From contig NC_016803.1 of assembly GCF_000189295.2 (NCBI RefSeq), positions 3,210,001 through 3,242,000 on the forward strand: a stretch of DNA of 32,000 bases, given 5' to 3'. This DNA comes from Pseudodesulfovibrio mercurii. Its GTDB lineage: Bacteria; Desulfobacterota; Desulfovibrionia; Desulfovibrionales; Desulfovibrionaceae. Shown here one piece after another: positions 8,864 to 18,198 of this stretch (its first letter is position 1; the number at the start of each line of letters is the position of its first letter). Below the pieces are notes generated by a model, which was given only the letters and a program-made list of their open reading frames with translations, ran no database searches and had not been told where the DNA came from. Both the position numbers and the translations under genes were made by a program.

Positions 8864-11026
8864 TCAGTGCGGGAAATTCTCGGTGTAGGCCACGGTCCGG
8901 TCGGGCAGGAACCAGATGCAGGCGCTGTCGGGCGAGTAGCTTTCGAGGAAGGCGGCGCCCTTGGCCGGGCCCATGATGAACAGAGTGGTGGCCAGGGCGT
9001 CGGCCAGCTCGGCGGTGTCGGCGATGACCGTCACGCCGATGGACTCGTGGGCCGAATCCATGGTCTTGGGGTCGATGATGTGGTGGTGCTCGATGGGCCC
9101 GTCCTGCTTGTCCGGGGTGACGAACTGGCGGTAGTCGCCGGAGCCGCATACGCCCTTGCCGCGCACGGCGATGGTCTGGAACACCGCGTCGTTGCGCGGG
9201 TGGCGGATGCCCACGTGCCAGTCGCGGTCGCCGAAGCAGCGGAAGTCGCCGCCCGCCTCGACGATGCCCGCGGGCACGCCGTGCTTTTGCAGCAGGGCCA
9301 CGGCCTCGTCCACGATGGACCCCTTGGCGATGCCGCCGAGGTCCAGCGCCATGCCCGGTTTCTTGAGCCGGACCCGGTCGCCGGGCCGGTCCAGGAGGAC
9401 CATGCGGTAGTCCACCAGCCCGGACTTGGCCCGGGCCACGGACTCGTCCATGGCGTAGTAGAAGGGCGAGGTGGTCAGGGCCCCCACAGTGGGATCGAAG
9501 ACCCCGCCCGTGGCCGCGCTGAATTGCAGCGCCCTGTCGAGCAGGGCGAAGGCGCGCGGCGTGACCTTGACCCAGGACTGCCCGGCCGCGCGGTTGATCC
9601 GGCCGATGGAGCCGCGCGGGTTGCGGTGGTCGAAGTCCTGCTGCAGGGCGCGCATGGCGGTCATGGTCAGGCGGGCCGCCAGGGCCGCGGACTTGCGGCT
9701 CGGGGCCTCGATGGTCAGCTTGACCACGGTGCCCATGGCCACGTCGGTGAAGCGGTAGAAATCCTCGTCTCCGCCGTCCGGGCGCAGGTTCGGGGAGAGG
9801 GTCACGGCCAGGAGCAGGCCGAGCAGGCAGGCGGCCAGGCCGGTGGCGGTCCGGGCCATGCCCGCGCCCCAGTGGAACTGGTCGCGGAAGACGTGGGTCA
9901 GCAGGGGCAGGCAGGTCAGTGCACCGATGACGGCCGCGGCCTTGAGCCCGGCCTCCGGGGCGTGCAGTGAGTGGACGATGAACCCGCCGAGCAGGGGGCC
10001 CAGGAGAAAACCGAGGCCGGAGGCGAGGTTGGCCGCGCCGAAGACCGCGCCCTGGCGGCGGCTCAGGGTCGAGGCGAAGAACATGGAGGCCGGGATGGAC
10101 AGGGCCGCGCCCAGTCCCAGGATCACGCCGAAGGCGGCGAACTGCCAGAGCATCCGGCACTCGCCCAGGGCGTAGAGCCCCCCGGCGCTGACGAGCATGC
10201 CCAGGACCACGCGGTCCATGTTCGGCGACTTGTTGTCGAACCGCCCGGTGAGCAGCAGGCCGAGGAAGGTGGCCAGGCCGGGCGCGGCGAAGGTGGCCGC
10301 GATGACCGGGCCGTGCCGCCCGAGGATTTCGGCCAGGACGATGGGGTAGAAGGCGGTGGTCAGGCCGATGCCCAGGCTGCGCCCGCCGATGGCCAGGAGC
10401 AGGGCCCCGGCGCGGCTTTTGGAGCGGACCGGCTCGGCCTGGGGCGAGGGCGGGCGGCTGGTGGTCGCCTCGCCGGGCAGGAGCAGCAGGGTGGCGGCCA
10501 GGGCCAGGCCGAGGCAGACGGACAGGCCGACCAGCACCGGACCCATGACCCCGGTGGTGTAGAGCAGGCTGCCGAGGATGGGCCCGGCGAAGGCGGCCGC
10601 GTTGAACAGGGCCGCGTGGACCGCGAAGCGCCGGGACAGGGCCGCGCCCGTGGCCGATCCGCCCAGGGCGGCCAGGCCCACGGGCCGGACCAGGCCCGTG
10701 ACCAGCCCCATGGCCACCTGGACCAGGTACAGGGCGGCCAGGCCGGGGGACAGGAAATAGGCCAGGGGGATGAGGCAGCCGGCACCCATGGCCAGGACCA
10801 GGACCGGCTTGGGCCCGTAGCGGTCGGCGGCCAGGCCGGACAGGGGCGAGACCAGGAGCTTGGCCAGGTAGTATCCGGCGAAGGCCGTGCCGAGCCACGC
10901 CCCGCTGACCCGTTCGTCCAGGGTCAGGAGCGGGATGGTGAAGGCGAACAGCCCCACCCCCAGGGTGGTGAACAGACCGCCGGTCAGGACGGCGGCGAGG
11001 GTGCGGTTGTTCCCGTTGGCGTGCAT
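8864..11026 (-). CDS. Fusion protein: MFS-type 12-TM transporter, a 13th TM, then an ApbE/Ftp FAD:protein FMN transferase domain
   Basis: 720 codons from ATG 11026-11024. The N-terminal ~380 aa have 12 hydrophobic segments with a central charged loop. The C-terminal ~300 aa carry ApbE signatures (ALDLGGIAKG, HHIIDPKT, ADTAELADALATTLF). There is no stop between the two parts. Confidence 0.85.
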   Translation of the reverse strand: MHANGNNRTLAAVLTGGLFTTLGVGLFAFTIPLLTLDERVSGAWLGTAFAGYYLAKLLVSPLSGLAADRYGPKPVLVLAMGAGCLIPLAYFLSPGLAALYLVQVAMGLVTGLVRPVGLAALGGSATGAALSRRFAVHAALFNAAAFAGPILGSLLYTTGVMGPVLVGLSVCLGLALAATLLLLPGEATTSRPPSPQAEPVRSKSRAGALLLAIGGRSLGIGLTTAFYPIVLAEILGRHGPVIAATFAAPGLATFLGLLLTGRFDNKSPNMDRVVLGMLVSAGGLYALGECRMLWQFAAFGVILGLGAALSIPASMFFASTLSRRQGAVFGAANLASGLGFLLGPLLGGFIVHSLHAPEAGLKAAAVIGALTCLPLLTHVFRDQFHWGAGMARTATGLAACLLGLLLAVTLSPNLRPDGGDEDFYRFTDVAMGTVVKLTIEAPSRKSAALAARLTMTAMRALQQDFDHRNPRGSIGRINRAAGQSWVKVTPRAFALLDRALQFSAATGGVFDPTVGALTTSPFYYAMDESVARAKSGLVDYRMVLLDRPGDRVRLKKPGMALDLGGIAKGSIVDEAVALLQKHGVPAGIVEAGGDFRCFGDRDWHVGIRHPRNDAVFQTIAVRGKGVCGSGDYRQFVTPDKQDGPIEHHHIIDPKTMDSAHESIGVTVIADTAELADALATTLFIMGPAKGAAFLESYSPDSACIWFLPDRTVAYTENFPH

Positions 11027-11143
11027 GTCGGTTAACGGTTTGCCGGGCAGGCGGTTCTCGGCGGGGGGGCCGGTTCCTCGGGAGGCCCATCCTGACCGCA
11101 ATCGGCGGGGTTGTCCACCCCCGCGACCCCGGGCCGCCCGCAA

Positions 11144-11929
11144 TCAGTGCACGAATTGCTCGTTGAAGATGCGCTCCTCCAGGGAGTGGTCCGGGGCGAA
11201 GAGGATGCGCGCCGGGCGCGCGTGGTCCTCGTGGACCAGGATGTGGGCCACGTCGCGGACCTCCAGGAAGTCCGCCGTGACGCTGACCGGCCGCCGCTTC
11301 GGGTCGAGGACCTCGAATTCCACGTCGGCCGTGTCCGGCAGCAGGGCCCCGTTCCAGCGCCGGGGCCGGAAGGGGCAGATGGGGGTCAGGGCCATGACGT
11401 TGGAGCCCAGCGGGATGATCGGCCCGTGGGCGGACAGGTTGTAGGCCGTGGAGCCCGCCGGGGTGGCGATCATGACCCCGTCGCAGACCATGTTGTCCAG
11501 CCGCTCGCGCCCGTTGATGAACAATCGGATGTGGGCCGACTGCTGGGAGATGCGCAGCATGGCCACCTCGTTGAAGGCCAGGGCCGAGACGCGGTCGCCG
11601 TCCACGGTGGTGGCGGCCATGGCCAGGGGGCTCAGGAGGTGTTCCTGGGCCGCGTCGATGCGCTCGAAGAGGTCGTCCGGGGAATACTGGTTGAGCAGGA
11701 AGCCGATGGTCCCGCAGTTCATGCCGTAGATGGGCAGGTCGCGGTCCATGACCCGGTGCATGGTCCGGAGCATGAACCCGTCGCCGCCGAGCGCCACCAG
11801 GGCGTCGGCCTCGTCCAGGGGGACCAGGGGATAGCGCGCCTCCAGTTCGGCCAGGCGTTTCCGGGCGGTGGGGGTCTGCGAGGCGACGCAGGCGATACGG
11901 CGTACGGCGGTGTCCATGGTGTGTCCCAT
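11144..11929 (-). CDS. nadK: NAD(+) kinase
   Basis: …ALVALGGDGFMLRT…GMNCGTIGFL…DGVMIATPAGSTAYNLSAHGPI… (GGDG and NAD-kinase motifs). ATG at 11929 or 11917. The 408-aa track ORF is an unsupported upstream extension. Confidence 0.9.
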   Translation of the reverse strand: MGHTMDTAVRRIACVASQTPTARKRLAELEARYPLVPLDEADALVALGGDGFMLRTMHRVMDRDLPIYGMNCGTIGFLLNQYSPDDLFERIDAAQEHLLSPLAMAATTVDGDRVSALAFNEVAMLRISQQSAHIRLFINGRERLDNMVCDGVMIATPAGSTAYNLSAHGPIIPLGSNVMALTPICPFRPRRWNGALLPDTADVEFEVLDPKRRPVSVTADFLEVRDVAHILVHEDHARPARILFAPDHSLEERIFNEQFVH

Positions 11930-12164
11930 CCTGTTGGTGCGTTTGTCGGTCCCACTACCTTGCATGGAGCGTGCCGTAAAGAGGGGCGGCGCGTTTGCCC
12001 CGCAGGCGCGAACAACGTCGCCCGGCTCCCCGCCGGTCATTTTCGGGGCACATTTCCCGACCCGGCGGGTATGGAGCGCATTGCCTCCCGCCGGGAAATG
12101 CACTACGGAAGAAGAGGGCCGGGACCCGGGTTCCGGCCTCCCCATCCACGAGGTGCATGCTCCC

Positions 12165-12836
12165 ATGAAAGACATACAGAAGTTCATTGCCGGTTTCCGG
12201 AATTTCCGGAAAGAGTATTTCAGCCGCGAGGACGCCCCCTTCGAGATTCTGCTCAAGGGGCAGAACCCGACCACCATGGTCATCGCGTGCAGCGATTCGC
12301 GGACCGATCCGTCGTTCATCCTGCAATGCGAGCCCGGCGACATCTTCGTGGTCCGCAACGTGGCCAACATCGTCCCGCCCTACGAGAGCGACGAGGGCTT
12401 CCACGGCGTGTCCTCGGCCATCGAGTACGCGGTCAAGGTCCTCAAGGTGGAGCACCTGATCGTGCTCGGCCACTCCCTGTGCGGCGGCATCGACGCGCTC
12501 ATGCACGACGACAAGGTCCGGCACACCGAGTTCCTGTACAAGTGGCTGTCGGTCATGGCCCCGGTGCGCGACGAGGTCGTGGGCCACTTCGGCGAGGTCA
12601 ACAAGAAGTCCTGCACCGCCTGCGAGATGGCGGGCATCCTGCGCTCGGTGCGCAACCTGATGACCTTCCCCTGGATCAAGCGGCGCGTGGACGAGGGCTC
12701 CCTGAGCCTGCACGGCTGGTATTTCGAGATGGAGTCGGGCCAGCTCCTGAGCTACATGCGGGAGACCGAGTCCTTCGAACCCTTAAGCATGTGCTGCCCC
12801 ATCCTCAAGCGCGAACAGCGGGAGGACGCGGACTAG
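12165..12836 (+). CDS. Beta-class carbonic anhydrase
   Basis: 223 aa: …VIACSDSR…, …VVRNVANIV…, …LGHSLCGGI… (Cys-Asp-Arg / His-x-x-Cys zinc ligands). ATG at 12165 with GAGGTG 9 nt upstream. Confidence 0.9.
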   Translation: MKDIQKFIAGFRNFRKEYFSREDAPFEILLKGQNPTTMVIACSDSRTDPSFILQCEPGDIFVVRNVANIVPPYESDEGFHGVSSAIEYAVKVLKVEHLIVLGHSLCGGIDALMHDDKVRHTEFLYKWLSVMAPVRDEVVGHFGEVNKKSCTACEMAGILRSVRNLMTFPWIKRRVDEGSLSLHGWYFEMESGQLLSYMRETESFEPLSMCCPILKREQREDAD

Positions 12837-13036
12837 GCTCCCGTCCCTTGCGCGCCGCGCCGATCCCGCGTATACACGGGGCCGGTCGGCAGTTCACCCA
12901 GGCGTCGCCGCCCCTCACCGGGGAGCTAAACCTGCCATCATTCCCCTCCGCTCGACACCTTGCAGCGTGCCGGGCCGGAAGTCGGCGGCCACCGGCAGTC
13001 CCTCATCCGCGACAGGCGCGCAAGCGAGGATATGTC

Positions 13037-13567
13037 ATGTCCAGAGTTCCCATGCCCTTCTACGCGGGGGACGTCTCCGCACTGGCCCAGGCCCTGCGGC
13101 GCGGGCTCCGCGAAGCCGAGACCGTGCCCGGCCACGTGGAGATGCTCAACCTGCTGGTCAAATCCGTGGGCTACCGCAACTTCCAGCACTTCAAGGCCGA
13201 GTTCGACGCCCGCCGGACCATGGAGCCGCCCGAGACCCAAACCGCCGAGGTCGACGCCAAGCGCGTGAAGCGGGTGGTCCGCCTGTTCGACGAGCAGGCC
13301 CGCCTGACCCGCTGGCCCAAGAAGTACTCCGAACGGCTGCTCTGCCTGTGGGTCCTGTGGTCGCGCATCGCGCCGCGCCGGGACTACAACGAGGCAGAGA
13401 TCGGCGCGCTTCTCGAACAACACCACCTGTTCGCGGACCACGCCCTGCTCCGACGCGAACTGGCCGACCACCACATGGTCGAGCGGACCAGCGACGGCAG
13501 CCGCTACCGGCGCATGGAAACCCCGCCGCCCGCCGAGGCCGTGGAGGTCTTCCGCCACCTGCGCTGA
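13037..13567 (+). CDS. Hypothetical protein with C-terminal DUF2087-like region
   Basis: 176 aa; ATG 13037 with GAGGA 7 nt upstream. The C-terminal …RLTRWPKKYSERLLCLWVLWSRI…YNEAEIGALLEQHH.FADHALLRRELADHHMVERTSDGSRYRR resembles DUF2087 from memory. A strong terminator follows. Confidence 0.6.
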   Translation: MSRVPMPFYAGDVSALAQALRRGLREAETVPGHVEMLNLLVKSVGYRNFQHFKAEFDARRTMEPPETQTAEVDAKRVKRVVRLFDEQARLTRWPKKYSERLLCLWVLWSRIAPRRDYNEAEIGALLEQHHLFADHALLRRELADHHMVERTSDGSRYRRMETPPPAEAVEVFRHLR

Positions 13568-13593
13568 CCGCTTCCGCGCAACGACAAACCCAG

Positions 13594-13624
13594 AGACCCC
13601 GGCTTCGGCCGGGGTCTTCTTTTG
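13594..13624 (+). terminator. Rho-independent terminator after the DUF2087-like gene
   Basis: Perfect 10-bp stem AGACCCCGGC / GCCGGGGTCT with a TTCG loop (13594-13617), followed by TCTTTT. Confidence 0.8.
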
Positions 13625-13685
13625 GGGGAAGAGGAGAAATCAGAGGCGCATGCCGCTGCGCGTCGATGGACAGGCGGTTTGATTC

Positions 13686-13815
13686 GCCCCGTCCCGGGGC
13701 TCACCCCTTCGGGGTCGCGCCCTGTCAGGTGCGGTCCAAATCCGCTGTCCTGCGGATTTGTCGCCCCCGGCGGGCAAGGGTTCGCACCCTTGCACCCCGT
13801 TTCGCGCCTTCGGCG
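13686..13815. repeat. Cluster of GC-rich stem-loops upstream of the lactate dehydrogenase gene
   Basis: Hairpins read directly: GCCCC-N5-GGGGC (13686-13700), ACCCC-TTC-GGGGT (13703-13715), CAAATCCGC-N6-GCGGATTTG (13737-13760, 9 bp), GCAAGGGT-TCGC-ACCCTTGC (13774-13793, 8 bp), CGCC-TTC-GGCG (13805-13815). Confidence 0.5.
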
Positions 13816-13939
13816 GGGGCCGGTTTCCTCCCGGTACGAGTGGGAAAATAATGGCACAGGGTTGTTATGAGAAGGATAACTATGGTAGGTTTACGCCTCG
13901 GGTCCGTCCGGACCGGATTTCATACCAAGGAGATAGAAA

Positions 13940-16762
<2,823 letters not shown>

Positions 16763-16794
16763 GGGAATGTCCCCGGCCGGGGCCGTCGGGGGAT

Positions 16795-16904
16795 GCCTCC
16801 GGCGGGCCCTCGCCGGGCGGGCGTCTCCGACGGGGCCTCGCCGGCAGGGCGCCTCCGGCGGGCAGGGCGCCGCCCTGCACCCGCTCAAGGCCGAGGGCCT
16901 TGAG
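16795..16904. repeat. Short GC-rich direct repeats and palindromes downstream of the lactate dehydrogenase gene
   Basis: GCCTCCGGCGGG occurs twice (16795-16806, 16851-16862) and GGCAGGGCGCC twice (16843-16853, 16861-16871). Palindrome GCAGGGCG-C-CGCCCTGC at 16862-16878. 9-bp hairpin CTCAAGGCC-GAG-GGCCTTGAG at 16884-16904. Confidence 0.5.
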
Positions 16905-17154
16905 AATCCCGTTGCCTCGCTGCGCTCGGGGCTGGACGCGGGGAGGCGGTGCTTGGCGCGGGGGGATCGGCGGGGTGCGGCCAGGCGGTGTCCCGAAGGG
17001 TTCGCGCCGGAAGGGACGGGGACAAGAGGAATCGTCAGGGCGGCGTGTTGGAACTGTGGGGAAAAGAGGGGCCTCTTGCGCGCTGTGACCCCGCGAAGCG
17101 GCGACAAAAAGTTTAGGAGGGAGAAGGGGATGGGGGGCCGGAGGCAACAAAAAA

Positions 17155-17186
17155 AGTCCCCCCGCGCATAACGCGGGGGGACTTTT
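17155..17186. terminator. Bidirectional intrinsic terminator (strongest for yceI on the minus strand)
   Basis: 12-bp perfect stem AGTCCCCCCGCG / CGCGGGGGGACT with loop CATAA. An A7 run precedes it (T7 on the minus strand) and TTTT follows on the plus strand. It lies 10 nt past the yceI stop. Confidence 0.85.
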
Positions 17187-17195
17187 CATTGATCG

Positions 17196-17798
17196 TTACT
17201 TCGGTTGGATGGCTTCGAGGTCCACGGCGATGTGGACGGTGTTGCCGACCATGAAGCCGCCGCCGTCCAGGGGGGCGTTCCAGTCAACGCCGTAGTCGCG
17301 GCGGTCGATGGTGAACAGGGCGGTGGCGCCCCGGCGGGTGTTGCCCCAGGGGTCCACGCGCGGGTCGTTCAGGCCGGTGACGGTCAGCTGTATCTCGTGG
17401 GACGCGCCCTTGATGGTCAGCAGGCCCGCCACGGAGAAGCCGTTTTCGGCCGGGAAGACCCGGGTGCTCTTGAAGGTCATGGTCGGGTGGATTTCGGCCG
17501 CGAAGAAGTCGCCGCTCTTGAGGTGCGCGTCGCGCGCCTCCACGCCGGTGTCGATGCTGTTGACGCCGACGGTGATGTCGAGGGCGGTGGGCTTGTCGTG
17601 GTCGAAGTCTATGGTTCCGGTGACGTCCGGGAACATGCCGCGCACCTGGGCGATCATCATGTGCCGGATGGAGAAGTGGGCGGCGGAGTGGTCCGGGTCC
17701 ACCTTCCAGGCCTGGGCGCCGGCCGGGACGGCCAGGGCCAGGACCGACAGCAGGATGAGCGGCAGGAGCAGGGCGCGGAGGTATCTGGTCTGTGTCAT
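17196..17798 (-). CDS. YceI-family periplasmic (polyisoprenoid-binding) protein
   Basis: 200 aa with signal peptide MTQTRYLRALLLPLILLSVLALAVPAGAQA, then …WKVDPDHSAAHFSIRHMMIAQVRGMF…, typical of YceI. ATG at 17798 with AAGGA upstream. Confidence 0.85.
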   Translation of the reverse strand: MTQTRYLRALLLPLILLSVLALAVPAGAQAWKVDPDHSAAHFSIRHMMIAQVRGMFPDVTGTIDFDHDKPTALDITVGVNSIDTGVEARDAHLKSGDFFAAEIHPTMTFKSTRVFPAENGFSVAGLLTIKGASHEIQLTVTGLNDPRVDPWGNTRRGATALFTIDRRDYGVDWNAPLDGGGFMVGNTVHIAVDLEAIQPK

Positions 17799-17884
17799 GG
17801 CTTGAGTCCTTGGTTTGTCGGGTTCGTTGTTTTCATCCATGATACCCGGTTTTTCCCGGACCGCAAGGCCGGGGTCGGCGGGCA

Positions 17885-18175
17885 TCAGGAGAACGAGGGC
17901 GGTTTGGTCTGCGATTTCCTGTTCCGGACGCACAGCCGGTAGGTCAGGAACGCGCCGACCAGGGCGCCGATGACCAGGGTGCCGAGCAGGAGCAGGATGC
18001 GCGAGGTGGCGAAGGTGAACCACAGGAACGAGACCTGGGTCTGTTCGGTGTTCTGGAGCAGGAAGACGATCCACAGGACCACCAGGGTGGTGATGGTCGC
18101 CAGGCGGACCTTTTGCCAGGTGGTCGGGCCGGTCTTGGGCTGGTCCTGGGTCGCGGGGGAAGTGGTCTTGTCCAT
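17885..18175 (-). CDS. Small two-TM membrane protein, LapA/DUF1049-like
   Basis: 96 aa. AAGGAGG lies 7 nt before ATG 18175. Two hydrophobic segments (ITTLVVLWIVFLL; ILLLLGTLVIGALVGAFL) flank …QVSFLWF…. Only the last 96 codons of the 496-aa track ORF are credible. Confidence 0.55.
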   Translation of the reverse strand: MDKTTSPATQDQPKTGPTTWQKVRLATITTLVVLWIVFLLQNTEQTQVSFLWFTFATSRILLLLGTLVIGALVGAFLTYRLCVRNRKSQTKPPSFS

Positions 18176-18198
18176 CAGGGGCCTCCTTTTCGGGGGGA

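Noticed and set aside
11027-11143. 39-codon N-terminal extension of the MFS::ApbE ORF (TTG start at 11143), and the 788-aa ORF 8724-11090
   Set aside because: The extension is Arg/Gly-rich, starts with TTG directly after the nadK stop, and precedes a natural MHANGNNRTL… N-terminus. The 788-aa ORF is an off-frame shadow.
11111-13036. Upstream 642 residues of the 818-aa plus-strand ORF, and the 408-aa version of the nadK ORF
   Set aside because: The long plus-strand frame runs antisense through nadK and off-frame through the carbonic anhydrase; only 13037-13567 has an SD and a family resemblance. The nadK homology starts at the Met at 11929/11917.
13852-13865. Perfect TGGCAC box 75-88 nt upstream of the lactate dehydrogenase-like gene as a sigma-54 promoter
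   Set aside because: The downstream element is TTGT after only 4 nt (TGGCAC-AGGG-TTGT), so the GG-N10-GC rule fails. Sigma-54 promoters tolerate spacing changes poorly. It is kept only as a remark.
16767-17171. 134-aa plus-strand ORF (and other 60-190-aa ORFs) inside the two non-coding blocks flanking the lactate dehydrogenase-like gene
   Set aside because: They are Gly/Arg/Pro/Ala-rich with no SD at their starts, and they overlap palindromic repeats. Only the terminal 13-codon mini-ORF with its own SD is kept as a low-interest observation.
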